Shown here: positions 38,066 to 47,173 of the stretch, in pieces
Position numbering within the stretch: the first letter of the stretch is position 1
Layout of the letters: the number at the start of each line of letters is the position of its first letter
Origin: Nitrospirota bacterium
GTDB lineage: Bacteria; Nitrospirota; UBA9217
Length of the DNA stretch: 64,000 nt
Direction: 5' to 3'
Assembly (NCBI GenBank): GCA_035623825.1
Contig: DASPSR010000063.1
Span: forward strand, 13,982 to 77,981
The notes under the pieces: generated by a model
Seen by the model: only the letters and a program-made list of their open reading frames with translations
Told to the model about the DNA's origin: nothing
Databases searched by the model: none
Program-made: the position numbers and the translations under genes

Positions 38066-39577
38066 ATGAATGCTGCTCGAGTTTATTCCATGAAGGTATT
38101 TTGTCTCGTCACTGCTATGTTCCTTGCGGCAGGGTGCGCTCCTACCAAGATGCACGAGCAGGCGCCAGATATCCCTGTATTCCGCTATGAGCAGTATGTG
38201 CACAATGAAGGCTTCCGAGGAAAGTTCGCTTTCGAATCACACGATATTATCATGCTGACTCCTGACCGCAAAAAGACGGATAGTACCTTCAAATTCACCG
38301 GAGCGGTCCTCGGGAAACTGACCGGAGAACAGCGGAGCGCCGAGATCGTGCGACTCGACAAAGACCTTATCTGGAGGATCAATATCAATAAAAAGAGCTA
38401 TATGGAGTATCCCATCAAACGAGCCGCGTTCCAGGCAGGGGTCATGATCAACGACACGTCCGGGGAAACGGTGTATGTCGAGGATTGCTGCTCTGTCAAG
38501 ACCAGCATCAAACACCCCCGGGTAAAAAAGGTCGTGAATGGGTATAATGCCGAAGAAGTGGTCCTCACCATGTCATCGACCTGTCAGGCGGATGCAGGGC
38601 AACCGCCGAACAAGGTGACCTTTATCCTCGACGTCTGGATCGCGCCCGACGTCCAGGTTGACGATCTAGAAGCTTTTGATGAGGCATATGCCAAGAAGGT
38701 GGGCATGGATATCGAGATGTTCCAGGCGATGGGCGAGCAGTTCATGAAGATGTACCCGGGTGTCAGAGACCTGGGCCTGATGATGAACGGTTTGAAGGGG
38801 TATCCGATCTTGAGCACCCTGACGGTGGAGGATGCAAACTACCTGAAGAAGCAGCAGGAAGAGAGGATGAGGGAAAGCAAGAAAGGAGATGGCAAACAGG
38901 GCGGTTCGCCTACCGAAATGGCGACCGGATTTTTTTCGAAAAAAGTGACAGAGCATGAAGAAAACAAACAAAAAGAGGAAGACCTCAAGTGGGGCAATGC
39001 GATATGGCGCGTTTCGTGGGAGTCCAGAAACTTCGAGACGACACGGATTACCGCGGATGAGTTCGAACTTCCCGATGACCTGAAAAAAGTTGAGCAGAAG
39101 GAAAATCTAGAAGGTGAACAGGGGAAGGCTGCTCATGAAGAAAAGCCGGCGCATTTTGTCAAAACCGCCTGTCTCTCCAAGTTGACGAAAGCGCAGCTGG
39201 GAACCTCGGTCTATCCGGGAGCGAAAGTCGCCCATGCGCGGCCGTATAACGAGGGCGATCATAATACCCAGTGGTACTACGCGGGCAAGAACAACTACCG
39301 TGTCCTTTTTTCCACGACGGATCCCATGGAAAAAGTGATGGCCTTCTATGAAAAGGAATTCAAGGGCAAATGCACGGTGACGACTCAGCAGGAGGGGGGG
39401 AATTCATTCAAAGAGGCGGTATGCGCCAGGCCCGTCGGCCTCAAGCTTGTGCGCACATTCAAAATGAGCGAAAAACCGCTTGAGCTCAAGATGGATGTCG
39501 GAACCATGCCCGCTCCTTCCGATAAATCACCGCAGAAGTTTTTAGGATTTGAGCTGAGCGTCGGCAAACCACAATGA
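38066..39577 (+). CDS. hypothetical lipoprotein
   Basis: Lipobox LAAGC; long ORF with coding-like composition; RBS GGAGGAG. Confidence 0.75.
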   Translation: MNAARVYSMKVFCLVTAMFLAAGCAPTKMHEQAPDIPVFRYEQYVHNEGFRGKFAFESHDIIMLTPDRKKTDSTFKFTGAVLGKLTGEQRSAEIVRLDKDLIWRININKKSYMEYPIKRAAFQAGVMINDTSGETVYVEDCCSVKTSIKHPRVKKVVNGYNAEEVVLTMSSTCQADAGQPPNKVTFILDVWIAPDVQVDDLEAFDEAYAKKVGMDIEMFQAMGEQFMKMYPGVRDLGLMMNGLKGYPILSTLTVEDANYLKKQQEERMRESKKGDGKQGGSPTEMATGFFSKKVTEHEENKQKEEDLKWGNAIWRVSWESRNFETTRITADEFELPDDLKKVEQKENLEGEQGKAAHEEKPAHFVKTACLSKLTKAQLGTSVYPGAKVAHARPYNEGDHNTQWYYAGKNNYRVLFSTTDPMEKVMAFYEKEFKGKCTVTTQQEGGNSFKEAVCARPVGLKLVRTFKMSEKPLELKMDVGTMPAPSDKSPQKFLGFELSVGKPQ

Positions 39578-39730
39578 ATATGCCGGCAAGGTCTCGCAGC
39601 AGGCGGGAGAACTCTTCTGAAAAATCCGCCGAGTCTTGAAACTAGCCTGGCGAAATCGCTGGAGCCCTTTCCGAAGGCATGACCGCGAGGAAATATTACG
39701 CAGAGGCACCCCGCAGTTTGCTGCAGGGGG

Positions 39731-40201
39731 TCATTTTGCTTTCTCTGCGGTCATGTGTTCAAGCTCTACCAGCAAACCCACCTGCCCCTGATTGATCTTC
39801 TGCTTCGCCTCCTCGATACCGAACCATGCGGCGCGGTCTGCTTCCGGGAAATCCTGCCGTTTGCCGGAGCGGGGAGGCCATTCCATAGAGAACGTATTGC
39901 TTTTTATGGCCGCAGGGTCACACTCTCCTTCGATCGCCCAAGCGTGGATAGCTTTGCCGCTTTTGAGTTTCACGGGAGAAAGAGGAATAAATCGACCGGA
40001 GACAGTAAACCCTGTTTCTTCCCGAAATTCGCGTTTCGCTGCCTCGAGCCGGTCCTCCCCCTGTTCCACCAATCCCTTCGGGATGGACCATGCCCCGGCG
40101 TCTTTTTTGGACCACAGCGGACCACCCGGGTGGATGAGGAGGACCTGGAGGATCCCGTCCCGCTTGCGGTAGAGCAGAAGACCCGCGCTGACGATCGGCA
40201 T
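39731..40201 (-). CDS. NUDIX hydrolase
   Basis: HPGGP, WSIPKG...AAKREFREETG, FPEADRAAWF. Confidence 0.9.
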   Translation of the reverse strand: MPIVSAGLLLYRKRDGILQVLLIHPGGPLWSKKDAGAWSIPKGLVEQGEDRLEAAKREFREETGFTVSGRFIPLSPVKLKSGKAIHAWAIEGECDPAAIKSNTFSMEWPPRSGKRQDFPEADRAAWFGIEEAKQKINQGQVGLLVELEHMTAEKAK

Positions 40202-40404
40202 GATTTTATTGTAGCAGAAGCTCTTGTCCTTTGCGAAATCCAACGTGCGGTATGCGAGATCAAGGAGCTGTTTGCCCCGAATCAGGAAAGGGTTCGAGCG
40301 GTATTATCACGCCCGCGCTCTCCTTGACGCATGAACGTCTTTCGTTTACAATGCATTATGATGATTGCCGAGAACTAATATACCATCGGAAGGACTCTTT
40401 AAGA

Positions 40405-40785
40405 GTGAGGAAATTTACGGACAAGAAGATATTAGTTGCCGATGACTCCCAGACGATGCGGATGTTTATCATATTCCATTTGATCAAGATGCTGCCGGGC
40501 GTGCAGATCATCGAAGCTGAGAACGGCGCCGCTGCAGTCGAGAAATTCACGAGGCAGGATGTCGACCTCGTTCTCACCGACATGAACATGCCGATACTGG
40601 ACGGGGCCGGATTCATCAGGGCCGTCCGCCTGGGCCTGAAGAAAGAAACACCCATCATCGTCATCACCACCAAAGGCGAGGAACACGACCGGGAGAAGGG
40701 GATAGCCCTGGGTGCGAACGGTTATATTACGAAGCCGATCAATATCCGGGAGTTTAGGGAGACGGTCCTGAGATTTCTTTCGTGA
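40405..40785 (+). CDS. single-domain CheY-like response regulator
   Basis: ILVADDS, LTDMNMP, ITT, YITKP. Confidence 0.88.
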   Translation: MRKFTDKKILVADDSQTMRMFIIFHLIKMLPGVQIIEAENGAAAVEKFTRQDVDLVLTDMNMPILDGAGFIRAVRLGLKKETPIIVITTKGEEHDREKGIALGANGYITKPINIREFRETVLRFLS

Positions 40786-41260
40786 TCCGGCCGAGCGAGA
40801 AGCGCGTCAGTATCCACGGTACATGTACTGGATATTAGATCTTCGTCATTCAAAAAGGAAGCAAGAACAGGCAACTGGACCAATGATATGCTGTTTCGCG
40901 TTGACGCAGCAAAAACAGAAGCGTACTCTGTGAATTATTCTCTTCCCGGCGCCTCTCTCCTCTTAACGTTCATGACGGGATAGAGATCGGATAGGCGCGA
41001 TCCGGCCCGGCCTGCCCGGGGGTGGATCCGGATCTCCTCACCTTTCCCCTTCATGCCCTTCCTGCTTATAAGCCATTACAAGAATGTATGGGTCTTGACC
41101 CTTGACTTTCGACGCGTATTTGCCTATCTTGGGAGAAAGCCTTTCTGCATTACCAGTTTTGACATGTACAAGCATACTGAGTGCCCCGCATCTGCACTCA
41201 TGCCCAGGAGCAGTGCCTCGTTTGTATAAACCGGCCCCAACATATGCCAGAGCCGCTGTC

Positions 41261-42640
41261 ATGGCTGCAGTCCTGTACCCGCTTATCCTTGCATTGATTC
41301 CCCTTTCGGTATGCAAGTATGCCTCTCTCTTTGGCATTCCTCTGATATCATGTGCATGGGCACAGCCTGCAGGTCCTGACCAACCCGCAGCGCCTGCCCA
41401 ACCTCAGGAAAGCCAGGGTGCGCCGCAACAGCCTCAGGGGCAACAAGAGGCACCAAAGCAGCCGGAAGCGGCTCCTGCTCCCGCCGCACCCGCGGCGCCT
41501 GCCCAACCTCAGGAAGGCCAGGGTGCGCCGCAACAGCCTCAGGGGCAACAGGAGGCACCAAAGCAGCCGGAAGCGGCTCCTGCTCCCGCCGCACCCGCGG
41601 CGCCTGCCCAATCTCAGGAAGGCCAGGGCGCGCCGCAACAGCCTCAGGGGCAGCAGCCGGCACCGAAGCAGCCGGAAGCGCCGCCAGCCGGGCCGCCGCA
41701 GCCGCTTCCTTCTGAACAAAAAAAGAAAGAAACGGAGGCACCGAAGAAACCGCCAGAGTTACAGCTTGAGGAAACCATCATTGATATCGTGCATAGAATG
41801 ATATCCAAGGATATTCTTTCGACCGCTACCTATCTCGACTCATTTTTCGGGAACGAACGCTATCTTGCCGAGGCCAATCAGTCGTACATACGGCTGCGGT
41901 ACAATATGTTCCTTGAACATGAATCCCCCTTTCTGCACAGACCCGAGATTGACGTGAGGGTAGTCCTTCCCCAGTTGCAGCAAAAAACGCACCTGGAATT
42001 TTCCGGGACGCCGAAGAATGCCGCTGACCTGTCCGCCACCCAGGCACCATCCACGATCGACCAGTTCGAGAATCCATCGCAAAAAAATTTCACCACATCG
42101 ATATCTCAATTCTTTAAGCAAAGCGATAAGGTGAACTTCGTCATGCGCGGAGGCCTCCAGTGGCACGGTGGGGGGCCTGAAGTGATACTGGGTCCCCGGT
42201 TCCGGCTGCTGGTTCCGCTCTACGATCAGTGGAGTTTTCGGTTCATTGAGGATGTAGTCGTAAGAACAAACAACAACGGCTATCAGATAAAGTCCACGTT
42301 TGACCTCGAACGACCGCTTCCGCACAATCTCTTCTTTCGCGCCACCAACGATTGGATCCGGACCGACCACATGGACGGTTTTACTTATACGGCCATTTTT
42401 ACCGTGGATCATCCTCTGGATGCCCACCACATACTGGCGTACGAATATGACAACTTATTCCAGACCCGACCAGTGAACGAACTTACGGAGATCGATCTCC
42501 GCGTCCGGTACCGCCAGAGGTTCTGGCGGGACTGGTTCTTTTTTGAAGTGGCGCCACAGTACCGGTTCCCTCGTGACCGGGATTTTGTGCCCACGCCGGG
42601 GATTCTCTTCAGACTTGAGGCGATATTTGGACATTATTAG
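41261..42640 (+). CDS. exported protein with Pro/Gln/Ala repeat linker and probable outer-membrane beta-barrel C-terminus
   Basis: Hydrophobic N-terminus, PQA repeats, alternating beta-strand pattern ending ILFRLEAIFGHY; start uncertain. Confidence 0.65.
   Translation: MAAVLYPLILALIPLSVCKYASLFGIPLISCAWAQPAGPDQPAAPAQPQESQGAPQQPQGQQEAPKQPEAAPAPAAPAAPAQPQEGQGAPQQPQGQQEAPKQPEAAPAPAAPAAPAQSQEGQGAPQQPQGQQPAPKQPEAPPAGPPQPLPSEQKKKETEAPKKPPELQLEETIIDIVHRMISKDILSTATYLDSFFGNERYLAEANQSYIRLRYNMFLEHESPFLHRPEIDVRVVLPQLQQKTHLEFSGTPKNAADLSATQAPSTIDQFENPSQKNFTTSISQFFKQSDKVNFVMRGGLQWHGGGPEVILGPRFRLLVPLYDQWSFRFIEDVVVRTNNNGYQIKSTFDLERPLPHNLFFRATNDWIRTDHMDGFTYTAIFTVDHPLDAHHILAYEYDNLFQTRPVNELTEIDLRVRYRQRFWRDWFFFEVAPQYRFPRDRDFVPTPGILFRLEAIFGHY
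41390..41680 (+). repeat. 105-bp in-frame tandem repeat, about 2.8 copies
   Basis: Units begin at 41390, 41495 and 41600; encode APAQPQESQGAPQQPQGQQEAPKQPEAAPAPAAPA. Confidence 0.95.
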
Positions 42641-42712
42641 GCGCGGGAAAGGGCACGAGATTCTATGCCGGGCTGCCGCGTTGACGAAGGTCATTTCTAT
42701 AGGTAGGTTTTA

Positions 42713-43039
42713 TCACCGCGAGAAATAATCGAGATATCTGCTGCCGACAGGATCAGGCCTGGTCAGCTTGCTCTTTTCCAACTTTGATTCATACAACTTG
42801 ACTGCATCGTCAAGGTCTCTCATCCCTTCCACGAGGAGGAACCTCATGTAACCCTCTCCCCCTGTGGGGCTGATCTTCCGGAATCGTTCCCTGAGCGTCA
42901 GGAAGTAGCAATAGTAAAAGAGGTCCTCGCCGGCCAGGTATCCCCGGTCAATAACGCATTCCCGCGTTTTTTTGAGGAAAAAGACCTTTTCGGAAGGGTC
43001 CAGCTCGCGCAAGAATTTTTCTTTAAGTGCTTTTAACAC
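42713..43039 (-). CDS. hypothetical protein
   Basis: 108-aa helical ORF directly downstream of the FmdB-type gene. Confidence 0.65.
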   Translation of the reverse strand: MLKALKEKFLRELDPSEKVFFLKKTRECVIDRGYLAGEDLFYYCYFLTLRERFRKISPTGGEGYMRFLLVEGMRDLDDAVKLYESKLEKSKLTRPDPVGSRYLDYFSR

Positions 43040-43054
43040 GATGAAACGCCGGTA

Positions 43055-43222
43055 TTACGATTTTTTGTCAGTTTTGGCGAAGAATCCGGTGAGCATCTTC
43101 TCTACGTTGTCACTCTCGCAGTGCGGGCACGTGATCTTCGGCTTTGCTTCGAGTTCCTTAAGTGAGAGGAAGATCGTGAATTCCTTTTTGCAATCCCTGC
43201 ACACATATTCGTAGGACGGCAT
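43055..43222 (-). CDS. FmdB-family zinc ribbon protein
   Basis: MPSYEYVCRDC...CPHCES; RBS GGAGGTG. Confidence 0.9.
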   Translation of the reverse strand: MPSYEYVCRDCKKEFTIFLSLKELEAKPKITCPHCESDNVEKMLTGFFAKTDKKS

Positions 43223-43480
43223 GAGATTCACCTCCGGAGCGCTCTTCACGTCTGCCTGATAGATATATTATAGCCTAGAAAAAAATCCCCGCAGAACAAC
43301 AACCTGGGGAATGAAACCTCATACTTAAGGTGGCAGTAAAATTCTGCTAAAATTAACAAAAAGGGAAAATCCTTGGTCCTGGAAATCAGGAAGTTCCTGT
43401 TAGATAACGGAGCGTTTTCACCGTATTGATGGGGACCCTCGCACTATGCCGTTGACGGGAAAGAGCAGGAGCGGTACACC

Positions 43481-44215
43481 ATGCGTACCGCAGTCATAGC
43501 GGACATCCATGCGAATCTAGAGGCTCTGCAGGCCGTGCTGACACGGATCGATGTTCTGGGCGCGGACGAGATCGTATGCCTCGGCGACATCGTCGGATAC
43601 AATGCGGATCCCAATGAATGCGTGGACATTATCAGGACCAGGAACATCAAATGCGTCCTGGGGAATCATGACGTCTGCGCGGCCGGTCTGGAAGAGCCTG
43701 ACGACTTCAATCCCGTCGCGAAGAGGGCTGTGCTCTGGACCCGAGCCGAGCTCACCGATGAGAACAAGATGTTTCTCAGCAGCTTGCCGCGAGGGCTGCG
43801 GGTGAAGGACCTGTTTTTCTTTCACGGATCGATCGACGACACCAACCGGTACATCATCTTCATGGGCGATGCTGCTGATAATTTCTCATTGCTGGCCGGC
43901 TTGGGGAAATCCCTGCGGATCGGCTTTTTTGGCCATACGCACGTGAAAGCGGTGCTCTGTTCATCCCGGGGAGAAGTGTCCGTTGGACTTTCTTCCGACC
44001 AGCGGCTGGCAGAGGAGAATCGGTACCTTATAAACCCTGGCAGCGTGGGGCAGCCAAGAGACGGCGACCCGAGGGCATCGTTCTTGGTGTATGACGCCGG
44101 CAGACAACGGGTGAACTTCAGCCGCGTGGAATACGATCTACGAGCATGCCAGGACAAGATCATCCGCGCAGGCTTGCCGTCATGGCTCGCGGAACGACTC
44201 GATTCCGGGATTTGA
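43481..44215 (+). CDS. calcineurin-like metallophosphoesterase
   Basis: ADIHAN, GDIVGY, GNHD, HGS, GHTH, NPGSVGQPRD. Confidence 0.92.
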   Translation: MRTAVIADIHANLEALQAVLTRIDVLGADEIVCLGDIVGYNADPNECVDIIRTRNIKCVLGNHDVCAAGLEEPDDFNPVAKRAVLWTRAELTDENKMFLSSLPRGLRVKDLFFFHGSIDDTNRYIIFMGDAADNFSLLAGLGKSLRIGFFGHTHVKAVLCSSRGEVSVGLSSDQRLAEENRYLINPGSVGQPRDGDPRASFLVYDAGRQRVNFSRVEYDLRACQDKIIRAGLPSWLAERLDSGI

Positions 44216-44241
44216 TCAAATGCCTGCACCGGGGAGGCGCT

Positions 44242-45291
44242 ATGGCTGCGATGCGTTTTGAAAGCGTTTCGTCGACATTCACGATGCGGAACCCGCAGAA
44301 AGACTTTGTTGAGGACGTCTTTCAGGTCGAGGTACGGAGGGACCCCTTGCTCGGAGATACGAGCGTCTACAACCCGATCCTCAGGGACAAAGTCAAAGCA
44401 TTTTTCGGAGACGGCGATCCGGCGCTGATCCAGCGGCTGGCAGAAGAGAGTGCCAAGACCTGCATCTTCTGCCCTGATCGGGTCGAGAAAATCACGCCTC
44501 AGTACCCAGAGGAACTCGTCTCCGGAGGAAGGATCCGTGCGGGCGAGGCGCTTCTATTCCCGAATCTCTTCGCCATCGGAAAGTACCATGCAGTGGTATC
44601 GCTCTGCAATGCGCATTTTTTGAAGCTCTCGGAGTTCTCCCCCGATCTGCTCGAAAACGGCTTTCGAGCGGCCAGGGAATTCCTTAAAGCGGTGTTTCGC
44701 AACGATCAATCGGTGCACTGCGTATCGGTCAATGCCAATTACCTTTTTCCCGCGGGTGCCAGCCTGGTCCATCCCCACCTCCAGATGCTGGTCACGCCCG
44801 TGGCCTATTCCTACCACGCGCGCCTCCTCGATGCATGCGGCGCGTACAACCGGAGAACGGGTTCCGCATACCATGCGGACCTCATCGAGGCAGAAAGAAA
44901 GGCAGGTTCGCGTTATATTGCGAAGACCGGATGGTGGCACTGGATGTCCTCATTCTCCCCTCTCGGGAGCAACGAAGTGATGGCCGTGCACGAGAGGGAG
45001 GGTGATTTCGCTTTTCTCGCCGATGCCGATCTCAGGGGTCTTTCCGATGGTCTCTCAAGGGTCCTCGCTTTCTACGAGAGCCTTGGCCATTTGAGCTTCA
45101 ATTTCACCCTGTATGCTGCCCGGCAGCCTCAAGCGGGAGAAGGACTCCGGTGCCTTCTGAAGATCATCAACAGGCAGAACCTCTATCCAAACTACCGGAA
45201 CGATGATTATTTTCTGCAGAAGATGCTCCAGTCGGAATTAATCATCAACCTTCCCGAGGAGCTTGCACCGAGATTGCGGGCAAATTTTTAA
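44242..45291 (+). CDS. GalT-like (HIT superfamily) nucleotidyltransferase
   Basis: RRDPLLG, CIFCP, GASLVHPHLQ (HxHxQ). Confidence 0.8.
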   Translation: MAAMRFESVSSTFTMRNPQKDFVEDVFQVEVRRDPLLGDTSVYNPILRDKVKAFFGDGDPALIQRLAEESAKTCIFCPDRVEKITPQYPEELVSGGRIRAGEALLFPNLFAIGKYHAVVSLCNAHFLKLSEFSPDLLENGFRAAREFLKAVFRNDQSVHCVSVNANYLFPAGASLVHPHLQMLVTPVAYSYHARLLDACGAYNRRTGSAYHADLIEAERKAGSRYIAKTGWWHWMSSFSPLGSNEVMAVHEREGDFAFLADADLRGLSDGLSRVLAFYESLGHLSFNFTLYAARQPQAGEGLRCLLKIINRQNLYPNYRNDDYFLQKMLQSELIINLPEELAPRLRANF

Positions 45292-45399
45292 GGCGATCGG
45301 TGTTTATCCGATGCCGGAAATACGCGGACCAGCATGGAATTGAAATAGCCGGTGCGCCGGTCCTTTCGCCGGACTGACGGCAGGCGTTCATTTACTCTC

Positions 45400-45741
45400 A
45401 TGAAGATTGATTCATACTCATTCGGCAGTCTGGTCGTTAATGGCAAAAAGTATACTTCTGATGTCATCATCTATCCCGACCGCGTGGACCCTTCCTGGTG
45501 GAGGAAGGAGGGGCACCGTCTCCAGATCGCCGATCTGACCGATGCACTCAAGGCGCAACCCCAGATCCTGATCATCGGGACGGGATATTCCGCAATGATG
45601 GCGGTGCCGGAGGAAACGAAAGACCACATAAGGTCATTAGGTATCGATATCTCCATCGCAGCCACGGGAAAGGCTGTTGAGATGTTCAACACAATGCAGG
45701 GCGAAAAGACCATCGTCGCCGTTCTTCATCTCACCTGCTGA
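45400..45741 (+). CDS. Mth938-like domain protein
   Basis: IDSYSFG, WWRKEGH, IGTG, HLTC. Confidence 0.88.
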   Translation: MKIDSYSFGSLVVNGKKYTSDVIIYPDRVDPSWWRKEGHRLQIADLTDALKAQPQILIIGTGYSAMMAVPEETKDHIRSLGIDISIAATGKAVEMFNTMQGEKTIVAVLHLTC

Positions 45742-45937
45742 GGGGAGATCCTGTGAAGAAGCTCTGCGCCTTCCATCGGGATACATGACAAATTATTTAA
45801 GTGCAAGATGGTCCTCCAGCGTGATATAATGCGCCTGCATTCCTCTATTCGTCGAGTTACTCAAACGAACAGACCATTATAATTTGACAAAGAGCGTCCT
45901 TAAGTTACGATAAGAGTATGCTTGAAAAGGAGAAAGC

Positions 45938-47155
45938 ATGTCATTGCAGGTAGTCATCGTAGGTGGAGGTCTAGGAGGGCTTGAGGCAGCATTTTCGCTC
46001 AGGAACCTTCTGAGATCTTCCGTCGAGATCACCCTGATCGATCGGCACGCATATCACTCATTCACCCCTTCGATCCATGAGATCGTTTCCGGTAAAGTCC
46101 GGCCGGAGGCGATTCGGATACCCTTGACGGTAGTGCTGAAACCCGCGGGCATCAATTTTGTTCAAGATGAGGTCCTGTCGGTCAATCCGGAAATGCGCGA
46201 GGTCATCTCCCGTGAAGGCACACTCCACTATGATTATTTGGTGCTGAGCAGCGGAGCGGAAAATAATTTCTACGGAGTGACAGGAGTCGATAAACATTCG
46301 TACCGCTTCCGCACCCCTGGTGATGCCGAGCGCATCCGGGCCGATCTGGAATCCCTTCTCGCCGATCCGATCAGCCGTTTTACGGTCGTCCTGGCAGGAG
46401 GCGGCACTGAAGGCGTGGAGGTCGCCGGAGAATTGCTCGACGCGGTCACGGGTCACGGAAGGGAGGAGGACCTCGGGTCCGGCAGGATCTCCGTCGAGTT
46501 GATCGAGGGACGTGAGCATCTTCTCCCCGGGTTTCCCCTCAAAGCGCAGGAGTTCGTGGAAAATTACCTGTCACACAGGGGAGTGAAGCTCTTTACCAGC
46601 AGCCGCATCGAAAAGGTCAGGAATGACAGGGTGATCCTCGAATCGGGATCGGAACGGGTGATGGCCATGTTGCTGTGGACGGGAGGAATTCAGCCGATGA
46701 AGCTGATCAGGGAACTGCCGCTTCCCAAGGACCCGTCCGGCTGGCTCAAGGTCACCGACCGGCTCCACTCGCCCGATGACGAGCGTATCTACGGGATCGG
46801 GGACGCAATCACCATCCAAGCGTTCGGCAGCTCTGTGCCGCTGCCGCGCCTGGCATATCATGCGCAGGACCAGGCCCGTGTCGCCGGGTTGAACATCTTT
46901 TCGAGCATCAACGGCCGCGCCCTGGTGCCTTATGTGCCCAAGCTCAAGCCTCAATTGATCTCACTGGGCGGGGACATGGGGATCATGGTGGACGGCGAGC
47001 GGTTCTTTTCCGGGTCCTGGATTGTCACTCTGAAAAAAGCGATCGAGCGGAAGCACATGATGACCTACCTCACCAAACCCGTCACATCCGCGATTGCCGC
47101 CAGGATCCCGGGGATGAATTTCCTGAGCGGGATATGGCGACGCCTCCCGATATGA
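45938..47155 (+). CDS. NDH-2-like FAD-dependent pyridine nucleotide oxidoreductase
   Basis: GGGLGG, GGGTEGVEVAGEL, YGIGD. Confidence 0.8.
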   Translation: MSLQVVIVGGGLGGLEAAFSLRNLLRSSVEITLIDRHAYHSFTPSIHEIVSGKVRPEAIRIPLTVVLKPAGINFVQDEVLSVNPEMREVISREGTLHYDYLVLSSGAENNFYGVTGVDKHSYRFRTPGDAERIRADLESLLADPISRFTVVLAGGGTEGVEVAGELLDAVTGHGREEDLGSGRISVELIEGREHLLPGFPLKAQEFVENYLSHRGVKLFTSSRIEKVRNDRVILESGSERVMAMLLWTGGIQPMKLIRELPLPKDPSGWLKVTDRLHSPDDERIYGIGDAITIQAFGSSVPLPRLAYHAQDQARVAGLNIFSSINGRALVPYVPKLKPQLISLGGDMGIMVDGERFFSGSWIVTLKKAIERKHMMTYLTKPVTSAIAARIPGMNFLSGIWRRLPI

Positions 47156-47173
47156 GGCCCGACATCAACGGTC

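Noticed and set aside
41390-41680. CRISPR array
   Set aside because: Contiguous 105-bp in-frame coding repeats without unique spacers; no cas genes
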